Shown in pieces: positions 1-9,342 of a stretch of 40,954 nt of DNA. Each line of letters opens with the position of its first letter. The stretch's first letter is position 1. The DNA lies in IMG/VR virus record IMGVR_UViG_3300001528_000272, positions 1 through 40,954 of that record; one strand, 5' to 3'. A program made the position numbers and the translations under genes. The DNA comes from a virus. The notes beneath the pieces were generated by a model that searched no databases, had not been told where the DNA came from, and saw only the letters and a program-made list of their open reading frames with translations.

Positions 1-96
1 CTTATTTCTCACACAAACCAAAATTTCAAACTTTTTCAGATTGAAAAAAATCAAAATTTGAAAAAACATTTTAATATCCGAAAATTACATATAAAA

Positions 97-119
97 TACA
101 CTACTTAATAGGTAGTGTA
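97..119. repeat. 8-bp perfect inverted repeat TACACTAC-TTAATAG-GTAGTGTA upstream of the terminase genes
   Basis: Read directly: 97-104 and 112-119. Confidence 0.8.
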
Positions 120-218
120 CTGATGATATATCGCCTTGTTGCGAGGTCAAGTGATAAATACTAGTAATGTCGAAAACATATGCAACCATTGGGAAGTTTT
201 ATATCATTGGTACAGTAC
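117..218 (+). other. Candidate structured RNA or cos/pac-type DNA element
   Basis: GTACTG (117-122) complements CAGTAC (213-218); ATGATATA (123-130) complements TATATCAT (200-207); internal GTTGC/GCAAC (138-142/182-186) and ATGT-CGAAA-ACAT hairpin. Confidence 0.45.
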
Positions 219-311
219 TTACTAATAAGTTAATAAATAGTATTAAGAATAATATATTAAATAAAGCAATACTCTACGAAGTCAGTTGGAGGGGATTGTA
301 TGTAAGGAATA

Positions 312-401
312 ATGAGAGATAACACTTACTTTAAGCCTAGTGTTTGGCGAATTGATACTGACTATGCCAAACAATTAATTGCTAGGTTATATTATTCTTA
401 A
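312..401 (+). CDS. Small ORF, 29 aa (MRDNTYFKPSVWRIDTDYAKQLIARLYYS)
   Basis: ATG preceded by TAAGGAATA; overlaps an inverted repeat 336-386. Confidence 0.35.
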   Translation: MRDNTYFKPSVWRIDTDYAKQLIARLYYS

Positions 402-420
402 TAGTATCTATTAGAAAGTA

Positions 421-433
421 TTCAAATAATAAA
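421..433 (+). repeat. TTCAAATARTAAA motif copy 1
   Basis: exact; ~15 bp before terminase-operon ATG. Confidence 0.9.
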
Positions 434-447
434 AGAAGGTGGAATAA

Positions 448-759
448 ATGAATAAAGAACAATTGAATGAAATATTTAAAGAAGTAGATGAAAATAAAAA
501 GAAAATAGTTCAATCAATGTTTGATGATTTTATTCATGAACACGAATTAATAGAAAAATTAAAACCACAAATAAAGGCAGTTGAACAGCCTAAAAATCAA
601 AAAGAAGCCGAAAAACTAAAATATTTCACCAAAATATATAGTGATACATCACAAAGGCATGATAGCAAAATTAAGATTATGTTATCCACTTTAAGTAAAT
701 TTGAAGGTGATGAAGAAAATCCAATTGCAACATGGCTAAGAGAGAAGTCCAAAAAATGA
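448..759 (+). CDS. Putative terminase small subunit-like protein
   Basis: Position directly upstream of and overlapping the large terminase; size and acidic/basic helical character. Confidence 0.5.
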   Translation: MNKEQLNEIFKEVDENKKKIVQSMFDDFIHEHELIEKLKPQIKAVEQPKNQKEAEKLKYFTKIYSDTSQRHDSKIKIMLSTLSKFEGDEENPIATWLREKSKK

Positions 760-2414
760 ATTGCTTAGAAGAATATAGAGATAAAGCAAAAAAAGGTGAA
801 ATTATAGTAGGAAGAGAAATGATGACAGGCTTAGATAAGTATTATGAAGAATTGTCTGATGAAAGATACTACTATGATACAAGTGATTATGAACTTAGAA
901 GTGAGTTCATGGAAAACTTTATTAAACTAACCAAAAGTCCTTTTTATGGAAAACCGATGCAATTAATGTTATGGCAAAAGGCTTTTCTTGAAACATTGTA
1001 TTCCTTTAAAAGAAAAGATACAGGGTTAAGGAGATTTAAAAAAGCAATATTGCTAATAGCACGAAAAAACACAAAATCAGAAACTTGCAATGCAATTGGA
1101 GATTGTGAATTAATGCTAGGAAATTCTGGTTCTGATATAGTTTGTAGTTCTAATGATGATAACCAGGCAAATATTTTATTTGATGGTATGAATACTATGA
1201 GAGAAATGTTTGATCCAAAAGGAGAAATAACTCATAAGAACTTACAATTTATAAAAAATAAATTAAATGGCAGCAAGATATTCAAATTATCAGATAGAAC
1301 TAGAAACAAAGAAGGAAGAAATATAGATTTTGCAATTGTAGATGAAGTTCATGAAATGAAAGACAATATAATTGTTAAATCAATAGAAACTTCTCAATCA
1401 ACAAAAGATGAACCATTATTAATATTGATTACCACAGAAGGATTTGTTTATGATGGATATTTAGATAAAGAATTAAAATATGCTAGACAAGTCTTAAATG
1501 GTGAAATAGAAGATGATACATATTTAGTTTGGTTATATACACAAGATAGTGAGCAGGAAGTATGGCAAGATGAAAAAAGTTGGTATAAATCCAATCCAAC
1601 TTTAGGAATAGTAAAAAAATGGGATTATTTAAGAGATCAATTAAATAAGGCTAGATATTCAACAGAAGATAGAGCATTTGTTTTGGCAAAAGACTTTAAC
1701 ATAAAACAAAATGCTACTCAAATGTGGTTGATGGATAGTGATTATACATATCTCCAGGAAGAATCACAGTTAGCGGATTTTAAAAATTGTTATTGTTTTG
1801 GAGCGGTTGACTTATCACAGACAACGGACCTATCAAATGCAAAAATATTACTAATGAGACCTAATGATAATAAAAAGTATATCTTTAGTAAGTACTTTAT
1901 TCCTCAAAGCAAATTACAAGATAGCAACGATAAAGAGGCAGGAGCAAAATATGAAGAATGGGCAAGAGATGGTTTGTGTGATATTCATGAAGGGAATGCT
2001 ATTGATTTAGCAAAAATAGCAGAATGGTTTAAGAGTCTTTATACAGACTATGGAATAATGGTTTACAAATTAGGATATGACCAACGATTTGCAAAAGATT
2101 TCTTGGATACTATGAAAAGTTATGGCTATGGATATAACAAAGGTGAAACTTGTGAAATGATTAACCAAAGTAAATATGTAATGAGTGTTCCTATGAAGAT
2201 GGTTGAAGCAGATTTAAAAAGCCAATTAATTCATGGATTAAATGATATGGACAAATGGTGCTTGTCAAATACAAGTTTTGAAATAGATGGACAACAAAAT
2301 ATAATGCCTATTAAGGTAACTGCTTCAAAAAGAATAGATGGAGCGGTAACATTAATTATTTTGTATGCAATATTTATGAGATATAGAAATGATTATATGA
2401 AATCTTTAAAGTGA
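732..2414 (+). CDS. terL: Phage terminase large subunit
   Basis: ATPase region with LLIARKNTKSE and FAIVDEVHEM, position before portal; ATG at 759 is an alternative start. Confidence 0.93.
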   Translation: MAKREVQKMNCLEEYRDKAKKGEIIVGREMMTGLDKYYEELSDERYYYDTSDYELRSEFMENFIKLTKSPFYGKPMQLMLWQKAFLETLYSFKRKDTGLRRFKKAILLIARKNTKSETCNAIGDCELMLGNSGSDIVCSSNDDNQANILFDGMNTMREMFDPKGEITHKNLQFIKNKLNGSKIFKLSDRTRNKEGRNIDFAIVDEVHEMKDNIIVKSIETSQSTKDEPLLILITTEGFVYDGYLDKELKYARQVLNGEIEDDTYLVWLYTQDSEQEVWQDEKSWYKSNPTLGIVKKWDYLRDQLNKARYSTEDRAFVLAKDFNIKQNATQMWLMDSDYTYLQEESQLADFKNCYCFGAVDLSQTTDLSNAKILLMRPNDNKKYIFSKYFIPQSKLQDSNDKEAGAKYEEWARDGLCDIHEGNAIDLAKIAEWFKSLYTDYGIMVYKLGYDQRFAKDFLDTMKSYGYGYNKGETCEMINQSKYVMSVPMKMVEADLKSQLIHGLNDMDKWCLSNTSFEIDGQQNIMPIKVTASKRIDGAVTLIILYAIFMRYRNDYMKSLK

Positions 2415-2423
2415 GGTGGACAA

Positions 2424-3731
2424 ATGGGATTTTTTGATAAAATAAAAATAAGGGTTACAACCAAAATGTTACAATGGGCTAGTTCTATAAGAGGATATGC
2501 ACCTTCATTTTCTCAATTTGGCGAAGATATTATGAATGATGATACAGTATTAACTATTGTAAACAGGATATTAAATGAATATTCAAAATTAAACCCTAGA
2601 CATATAAGAACGGTAGAAGGTAAACAAGTTAAAGTATCAGATAATAATATTAATAATTTATTGGAATTTCCAAATAATTTAATGACAAAATCAGATTTTA
2701 TACGAAAGATAGCATTTTTAAGAGAAACTTATGATAATGTGTTTATCTATCCAACTTATGATTTGTACTATAATAAGAAAACTGGAGTTACTAAAAAGGT
2801 ATATACAGGATTGTATCCATTACAACCTAGAAAAGTAGATTTTTATGAAGATGAAAGCAGCACTATTTATGTTGATTTTCAACTACCAAACGGAGAGTAT
2901 TCTGGAAAGATACCATATGATGAAGTAATTCACTGGAGAAAAGATTATGGTATTAATGAATATATGGGTGGAGATGAAAACGGTGTTCCAAACAATAGTG
3001 CTTTATTAAGGCACTTACAATTAAACGATAAACTACTTCAATCTACATTTAAAACAGTAGAAGGTTCATTGACTATAAATGGAATTTTAAAGTATGGTGG
3101 ATTAATTAATTCAGAAGAAAGAGAACAATCAAGATTAGAATTTGAAAAAAAGTTAAAAGAAAATCAAAGTGGAATTATTGCATTGGATAGTGGTGGAGAT
3201 TATATTCCAATACCATTTAATGGTGAATTGATTGATAAAGATACATTAGAGTTCTTTAAAAAAACAATCTTACAACATTATGGAGTTAGTGAAGCAATAT
3301 TAAATGGTGATTATAGCAACGAACAAAAAGAAGCATTCTATGAAACAGTATTAGAGAGCGGAGTTATTAGTTTAGGACAAGCATTTAGCAGAGTATTGTT
3401 AACACCATTTGAAAGAAGTAATGGAAACACAATTATATTCTACACAAATAGAATCCAAATGATGAATGCAGATAAAAAAATAAAACTAGCAGAAGTATTA
3501 TTACCAGTTCAAGGTTGTACACCAAATGAAGTAAGAAGTTGGTTTGGCGAAGCACCTATTGATGGTGGAGACCAAACATACCGTTTCTTAAACTGGGTAT
3601 CAAGTGATATAGCAAACGATTATCAAATGAAAACGATAAATAAAAACAATAATGATTCAAATAGTGAATATAATAACAATGATGAAGCAAATAATGATAC
3701 TATAAAGGTAGGTGATAGTAATGAAGAATGA
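2424..3731 (+). CDS. Phage portal protein (HK97 type)
   Basis: Sequence character (DVIHWRKDYG, LLTPFERS) and order. Confidence 0.9.
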   Translation: MGFFDKIKIRVTTKMLQWASSIRGYAPSFSQFGEDIMNDDTVLTIVNRILNEYSKLNPRHIRTVEGKQVKVSDNNINNLLEFPNNLMTKSDFIRKIAFLRETYDNVFIYPTYDLYYNKKTGVTKKVYTGLYPLQPRKVDFYEDESSTIYVDFQLPNGEYSGKIPYDEVIHWRKDYGINEYMGGDENGVPNNSALLRHLQLNDKLLQSTFKTVEGSLTINGILKYGGLINSEEREQSRLEFEKKLKENQSGIIALDSGGDYIPIPFNGELIDKDTLEFFKKTILQHYGVSEAILNGDYSNEQKEAFYETVLESGVISLGQAFSRVLLTPFERSNGNTIIFYTNRIQMMNADKKIKLAEVLLPVQGCTPNEVRSWFGEAPIDGGDQTYRFLNWVSSDIANDYQMKTINKNNNDSNSEYNNNDEANNDTIKVGDSNEE

Positions 3732-4365
3732 TAAAGAAATGAGAAATGTTGAATTTAGAGCAACAGAAGAAGAAGGGAAAATGGTTTTAGAGGGATATCC
3801 TGTTATATTCAATCAAGAAACTTTAATAGGTGATCCTGAATGGGGTTGGTATGAAGTTATTGATAAAAAAGCATTAGATGATGCCGATTTAACAGATGTA
3901 CCTTTAAAATATAATCATGGTGATGCTAAAGGAATTTTAGCAAGAACTAGAAATGGAAGTCTTAAACTAACTATTGATAATAAAGGTTTAAAGATGAGAG
4001 CAGAATTAATAGATACAACAGATAATGTTGATATTTATAAATGTGTTAAAAGTGGTTTACTTGATAAAATGAGTTTTGCTTTTAATGTTCTTGAAGATAA
4101 TGTAGAGCAAAAAGCAGGAGAAACACCAAGAAGAACCATTACTAAGATTGGTAGATTGTTTGATGTAGCGGTAGTAGATTTACCAGCATACGATCAGACT
4201 TCTATATATGCAAGGAGTAAGGAAATTGTTGGAGAACGATTAAGAAACTTGCAACCATCACTGGAGAGTGATGAAGCAGTATTGGAGAATACTGAAGATA
4301 GGGCTAAAGAACAATTAGAACTAGAAAAATTAAAATTTAAAATTCTATATAAGGAAGGAGAATAA
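3712..4365 (+). CDS. HK97 family prohead protease
   Basis: EGYPVIFNQET...DKMSFAFNV...VVDLPAYDQTSIYARS pattern. Confidence 0.92.
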   Translation: MIVMKNDKEMRNVEFRATEEEGKMVLEGYPVIFNQETLIGDPEWGWYEVIDKKALDDADLTDVPLKYNHGDAKGILARTRNGSLKLTIDNKGLKMRAELIDTTDNVDIYKCVKSGLLDKMSFAFNVLEDNVEQKAGETPRRTITKIGRLFDVAVVDLPAYDQTSIYARSKEIVGERLRNLQPSLESDEAVLENTEDRAKEQLELEKLKFKILYKEGE

Positions 4366-4367
4366 GA

Positions 4368-5732
4368 ATGAAAGAGTATTTGACAAAAGTAATAAATGCA
4401 AAAACTAAAGAAGCAGAAGATATTAGAGCAGAAGTAAAGAAATCAGAAAGTGCTGATGAAGTTAGAGCATTAGGTGAAACATTAGAAAAAGTTCTTACTG
4501 AATTAAATGATGCTAAAGAACAATTAGCAAAATTAGAAGAACAACCTAGTGAAGAGCCAAAAGATGAAGAGCCTAGAGCAGATGAAGAACCTAAAGAAGA
4601 AGAATCAACATCAGAAGATGATGAAGATAAAGAGGAACAAAAGGCAGAAGATGAAGATGATGATGAAGAACCAACATCAGAAGATGTCAAGAGATCTGCT
4701 GACTGGGTAAAAGTTGATGCTAACAACTTAAAAAAAGTAGCAAGTTTTGAAGAAAGAGGAGGAAATAAAATGACTGAAAAAGAAGTTAGAGAACAAAAAG
4801 CATTAGTTGAAAAAAGAGCAAAAGACCTAATCGAAGGTAGAGCAATCACAGTTGCAAGTTCTGATATTTTGTTACCAAAACATCAATCAAGTGATTTAGC
4901 AACTGCACCATTCAGACAAGTTTCAAGTTTTGTTGATTTAACAAAAATGAAAAACTTACAAGGTGGTGAAAGTTATGAAGAGCCATTTGTAAAATCTTAT
5001 GGAGAAGGTGGAGAAACAGCAGAAGGAGCAGACTACACAACTGCTGAAACTGAATTTGGAAATGCAGAAATTAATAAAGTTAAAATTACTGCTTATGCTG
5101 AATTTAGTGAGGAAACTGAAAAATTACCTGCTGCTGATTATGAATCAGAAATTAGAAAAGGTGTAGAAGTAGCACTTAAAAAGAGATTAGCATATAACCA
5201 AATTTGTGGTGCTGGAACATCTAATACATTTACTGGTATCTTATCTACTGCTGATAACAATGTTTGTGTACTTAAATCAGATGATTTAACAATCAATAAA
5301 TTAGACCAAGATACATTAAATACAATCATCTTTAATTATGGTGGAGATGAAGAAGTAGAACAAAAAGGAGTTCTAGTATTAAATAAAGCAGACTTACTTG
5401 CATTATCATTAGTAAGAAATGACGTAGGAGATCATGCTTATAAAATTGATTTAAATAACCAAACAATCAATACAGTTCCATATGTAATCAATAGTAATTG
5501 TAAAGCATTAAGTGCAACAGCAACAAGTGCTGGAGATTATACTATGTTCTATGGTATCCCACAACACTATACAACTGCAATCTTTAGTCCAGTTGATATT
5601 AAAAAATCTTATGACTACCAATTCAAGAAAGGAATGGTTGCTTACAAAGCAGTAGTATTTGCTGGTGGTAATACAACTTCTTACAGAGGTTTCATGAGAA
5701 TTAAAAAAGGTGGAACTACACCAAGTGCATAA
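4368..5732 (+). CDS. HK97-fold major capsid protein with N-terminal acidic coiled-coil scaffold (delta) domain
   Basis: Acidic coiled-coil N-terminus then capsid domain; order after protease. Confidence 0.92.
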   Translation: MKEYLTKVINAKTKEAEDIRAEVKKSESADEVRALGETLEKVLTELNDAKEQLAKLEEQPSEEPKDEEPRADEEPKEEESTSEDDEDKEEQKAEDEDDDEEPTSEDVKRSADWVKVDANNLKKVASFEERGGNKMTEKEVREQKALVEKRAKDLIEGRAITVASSDILLPKHQSSDLATAPFRQVSSFVDLTKMKNLQGGESYEEPFVKSYGEGGETAEGADYTTAETEFGNAEINKVKITAYAEFSEETEKLPAADYESEIRKGVEVALKKRLAYNQICGAGTSNTFTGILSTADNNVCVLKSDDLTINKLDQDTLNTIIFNYGGDEEVEQKGVLVLNKADLLALSLVRNDVGDHAYKIDLNNQTINTVPYVINSNCKALSATATSAGDYTMFYGIPQHYTTAIFSPVDIKKSYDYQFKKGMVAYKAVVFAGGNTTSYRGFMRIKKGGTTPSA

Positions 5733-5739
5733 TAAAATA

Positions 5740-5752
5740 TTCAAATAGTAAA
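5740..5752 (+). repeat. TTCAAATARTAAA motif copy 2
   Basis: exact; after capsid gene stop. Confidence 0.9.
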
Positions 5753-5766
5753 AAGTAGGTGAGCAT

Positions 5767-6672
5767 ATGGAAAAAGTTGTATTACTTCAACATTATTTTA
5801 ATGAAGTGGGTGGCATAGAAACATTTATAATAAACTTTTGTAAGACTTTTGGTAATCAATATGATTTAACATTAGTTTGTAGAAGTATAGATTATGAAAA
5901 TGCACTTATTGTTGGAGAGTATGCAAATGTCATATGTGATCCTACTGAAACTATTGAATGTGATATATGTATTGTTACAAGTGTGCTAGTCGATGAGGAA
6001 GTATTCAAACATATTAGATATAAAGAGATTTACCAAATGATACATTCTGATTGGACTGAAATGAGAAAATATTGGAACTTAAAGCAAAAAAAATATGATG
6101 AAAATACTAAATACATATCAGTAAGTGAATGTGCTAGACAATCATATCTAAATGAATATGGAATAGATAGTGTAGTTATACCAAATATAATTACAACTGA
6201 TAAACCAATTAAGATATTAAGAATATTGTCTATGACTAGACTATCAGTAGAAAAAGGATATAAACGAATGTGTAAACTATGTGATTTATTTGATAAGTAT
6301 AATGTGCCTTATATATGGGATATATATGGAACTAATCCAGTTGGAGTAAAACCATATGGCAACATGATACTACATAATTCTATTAAAAGAGGAAACAAAT
6401 TAATGACTGGTTATGATTATATTTGTCAATTATCCGATACTGAAAGTATGTGTATAACTATGTATGAATCATTAATGCAAGGAGTTCCAGTATTAGTAAC
6501 ACCGTTTCCAAATGCAAAAGAGGAAATAAAAGATGGTGTTAATGGTTATATCTTACCATTTGATATGAATATATCAGAAAAAGATATTTATAATATCTAT
6601 CAAAAAATACCTAATAAAGTTTCTTATGAACAACATGGAATTGAGGATTTATGGAAAGACATATTAAAATAA
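5767..6672 (+). CDS. Glycosyltransferase (GT4-like)
   Basis: N-term YFNEVGGIETFIINFCK, C-term LSDTESMCITMYESLMQGVPVLVTPFPNAKEEI acceptor/donor region. Confidence 0.85.
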   Translation: MEKVVLLQHYFNEVGGIETFIINFCKTFGNQYDLTLVCRSIDYENALIVGEYANVICDPTETIECDICIVTSVLVDEEVFKHIRYKEIYQMIHSDWTEMRKYWNLKQKKYDENTKYISVSECARQSYLNEYGIDSVVIPNIITTDKPIKILRILSMTRLSVEKGYKRMCKLCDLFDKYNVPYIWDIYGTNPVGVKPYGNMILHNSIKRGNKLMTGYDYICQLSDTESMCITMYESLMQGVPVLVTPFPNAKEEIKDGVNGYILPFDMNISEKDIYNIYQKIPNKVSYEQHGIEDLWKDILK

Positions 6673-6819
6673 TAGTTACTATTAGCAAATATTTTGACAT
6701 AGTTCTAAAAAGAGATGTTTATTTAGGAGAAATAATAGAGGTAGATAGAGATAGAGCAATAAAAATATGTAAGTTAGGATATGCAAAAATATATTCTATT
6801 ACAAAGGAGTGATTAACCA

Positions 6820-7071
6820 ATGGATGAGCAAGAGTTATTAATTAAATTGAAAAAGTCTTTGAGAATTACAGGAGATTATCAAGATGATACTCTATTACAA
6901 CTTATATCAGAAGTAAAAGAAGATATGATGGGAATGGGTGTATCTAAAGAAGTAGTTAATAGCAAATCATCCATTGGTGCTATTACTAAAGGTGTATGGG
7001 ATAAAGATAATCTTCATGAGTATTCTCCAGACTTTGAAAAGCAAATTATAAGGTTAAGAGAAAAAAGGTGA
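6820..7071 (+). CDS. Head-tail connector (gp6-like)
   Basis: LKKSLRITGDYQDDTLLQLISEVKEDM. Confidence 0.75.
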   Translation: MDEQELLIKLKKSLRITGDYQDDTLLQLISEVKEDMMGMGVSKEVVNSKSSIGAITKGVWDKDNLHEYSPDFEKQIIRLREKR

Positions 7072-7077
7072 TAAATT

Positions 7078-7434
7078 ATGTCTTATATGCCAAATGAAAT
7101 AAAACAGTTAAATACACCAATGAAACTTCTTATAGTTGATAAATATGAGAAAAAAAGCGGTGTATCTAAGCCAATTTATAAAGATGCAGTTGATCCAATT
7201 ATCTATTGTAATTTTAAAACTTTTGGTGGTACAGAGAGAACAGAAAATGATAGATATATTATTGAAGATACTGCAAATATAGTAACTTGGTTTAGACCAG
7301 ATATAAAAAGTGATTGCTTATTAGTTAGATTATCAGATAATGCAACCTTTGAAATTCTAAACGAACCAGAAGATATAGACCAAATGCACCAATATCTTAA
7401 ATTTAAAATTAAAAGAAATAAAGGTAAAGCATAA
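7078..7434 (+). CDS. Head closure / head-tail adaptor protein
   Basis: Position and length. Confidence 0.6.
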   Translation: MSYMPNEIKQLNTPMKLLIVDKYEKKSGVSKPIYKDAVDPIIYCNFKTFGGTERTENDRYIIEDTANIVTWFRPDIKSDCLLVRLSDNATFEILNEPEDIDQMHQYLKFKIKRNKGKA

Positions 7435-7874
7435 TGTCTAAGAAAAAGTTTAGTTTAGAATTTGATGGACTTGAAGAAATGATTAAACAATTTTCTGATT
7501 TAGGAGCGGATATAATTCCAGTAGGAACTAAAGCATTAGAAGCAAGTCATGATTATATAACACCATTAATCCATGAAAAAATGAGTAAGTCAAATTTACC
7601 AGCGAAAGGTAAATACTCAAAAGGACAATCTGAAAGTCAAATTATTGATGATAAGAATGTTGAATGGAGTGGATTTAATGGAACAATTGATATTGGTTTT
7701 AGTTTAGATGAAGGTATTACACCAATATTTCTAATGTATGGTGGAAACCATAGTAATCCAGTAAAAGGATTAAAGAGTACTATTTATGGAACTAAAACTA
7801 AAGAAGAAATAGCAAAAATTCAAGAAGAAGTATTTGCTAAAGAGTTAGATAAGGTGATGAATAGTGGAAGATAA
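7434..7874 (+). CDS. HK97 gp10-like tail completion/neck protein
   Basis: Position; FSLEFDGLEEMIKQFSDLGADI...PLIHEKM. Confidence 0.7.
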   Translation: MSKKKFSLEFDGLEEMIKQFSDLGADIIPVGTKALEASHDYITPLIHEKMSKSNLPAKGKYSKGQSESQIIDDKNVEWSGFNGTIDIGFSLDEGITPIFLMYGGNHSNPVKGLKSTIYGTKTKEEIAKIQEEVFAKELDKVMNSGR

Positions 7875-8226
7875 ATTAGTTAGTGTATTGGAAAGCCTAA
7901 AATTAAGCCAGGAATTTGAGGTTATTCTTCAAGGTACTCTATCAAAAGATGATCCCGAACCTGAAAACTATTTTAGTTATTGGTGTTGGGATAATGCTAG
8001 AGGAGAAATATATAATAATCAACATAATAAAAATGATATTGGTTATCAAATAAATGCTTATAGTACTGATAGAACATTTTTATTAGAAATGACTGATAAA
8101 GCAATTGAAGAATTAGAAAAAAGTGATTTTATTATTACTGATGATCCAACAGATGTTGCTAGTGATAATAAAACGCATACAGCAAAAATGTTTGATGTAT
8201 ATTTTATAAGAAAGAAGGAGGAATAA
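7864..8226 (+). CDS. Tail terminator / minor tail protein
   Basis: Position and length. Confidence 0.55.
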   Translation: MEDKLVSVLESLKLSQEFEVILQGTLSKDDPEPENYFSYWCWDNARGEIYNNQHNKNDIGYQINAYSTDRTFLLEMTDKAIEELEKSDFIITDDPTDVASDNKTHTAKMFDVYFIRKKEE

Positions 8227-8229
8227 AAT

Positions 8230-8856
8230 ATGAGCCAAATAGCAGAATATAGAGGTTGTGAAAATCTTGTAGCAGCATTAGTATCAAAAGATGATGCAAC
8301 TGGTTATGAAACTGGAGAAGTTTTTAGTATAGCGGGACTTGCAGAAGTTGGAGTTACAACTGAACAAGGTAGCGAAACAAAATACTATGACAACAATCCA
8401 GCATTAGTTTTAAAAGGTGTAGGAGCAGAAACAAGAACATTTACAATAGACCACTTAACAAATTCAATGTTAGCAAAATTAACAGGACAAAAAATTGATG
8501 CAACAACTGGTGCTATTCTAGGTGGTGGAGATGGTGTAACTAATCCTTACTTTGCAGTTGGTTATGTTAGTGAAACAACAGATGGAGTTAAGACTTATAA
8601 ATGGTCTTTAAAAGGAACTTTCCAAATACCTGATGAAACTAACACAACTAAAAATGCTGGAACAGATTCAAACAATATGTCTCTAGTATATACAGGTATT
8701 GCAACAACTCATAAATTCACAAATGGTGGAAGAAAAGTTTATGTTGCATTAGAGGATACTAAAGATGATGGAACTAAATTAGATTTATCTGATTGGTTTG
8801 AAACAGTGCAAACACCTGATACTCTTTCATCATTTGTACCCACACCAAGTGCATAA
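8230..8856 (+). CDS. Major tail tube protein
   Basis: phi13-family-like: YRGCENLVAALVSKDDA...IAGLAEVGVTTEQGSETKYYDN. Confidence 0.85.
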   Translation: MSQIAEYRGCENLVAALVSKDDATGYETGEVFSIAGLAEVGVTTEQGSETKYYDNNPALVLKGVGAETRTFTIDHLTNSMLAKLTGQKIDATTGAILGGGDGVTNPYFAVGYVSETTDGVKTYKWSLKGTFQIPDETNTTKNAGTDSNNMSLVYTGIATTHKFTNGGRKVYVALEDTKDDGTKLDLSDWFETVQTPDTLSSFVPTPSA

Positions 8857-8863
8857 CAAAGTA

Positions 8864-8876
8864 TTCAAATAATAAA
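8864..8876 (+). repeat. TTCAAATARTAAA motif copy 3
   Basis: exact; after tail tube gene stop. Confidence 0.9.
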
Positions 8877-8926
8877 ATAAGTGGGGACAGTGGAATATTA
8901 CATTTTCATATAATACCTTATCTTAT

Positions 8927-9319
8927 ATGAATTACCCACAATCTAATTTTTTTGATAAGGAGGAAAATAAAATGAAATTAGAATTACAAATACCAAAAAA
9001 AGAAAATAAAAGAGAAATAGAAAAAACTTATACAGCAGAAGGATATGATTTACCTTTTGGAGTTATTGACAATATTTTAAATACATTGGATTTTGACAAG
9101 GTAAGCGATGGTGAATTTGATATGTCTTTAGGCATGGCTATCTTAAAAAACTTAAAAGAAGTTAAACCTTTAATGTTAGATATTTTTGAGGGATTAACAG
9201 AAGAAGAATTAAACCGAGTAGCAACTTCAAAACTAGTTCCAATCATTTTCAAAATTTTTGTTGAAACTAAAAATCAATTAACTGCTGAAATAAAAAACGC
9301 AATGGGGGAACACAAGTAA
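8927..9319 (+). CDS. Tail assembly chaperone gpG-like (likely start 8972)
   Basis: Between tail tube and tape measure; AGGAGG before ATG 8972. Confidence 0.75.
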   Translation: MNYPQSNFFDKEENKMKLELQIPKKENKREIEKTYTAEGYDLPFGVIDNILNTLDFDKVSDGEFDMSLGMAILKNLKEVKPLMLDIFEGLTEEELNRVATSKLVPIIFKIFVETKNQLTAEIKNAMGEHK

Positions 9320-9330
9320 AAAGTGTTCCC
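9292..9330 (+). other. Programmed -1 ribosomal frameshift site: slippery A AAA AAC (9292-9298) plus stem GGGAACAC/GTGTTCCC (9306-9313/9323-9330)
   Basis: Heptamer in the correct reading frame; 7-nt spacer; -1 frame is open from 9289 through the downstream ORF to 9564. Confidence 0.85.
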
Positions 9331-9342
9331 ATTTCTCAATCT

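Noticed and set aside
4337-4849. 170-aa minus-strand ORF opposite the capsid gene
   Set aside because: Low-complexity serine-rich mirror of the acidic scaffold domain; no RBS context; lies wholly opposite a confident gene. The same applies to nearly all other minus-strand track ORFs except 25446-26804 and 27266-27640.
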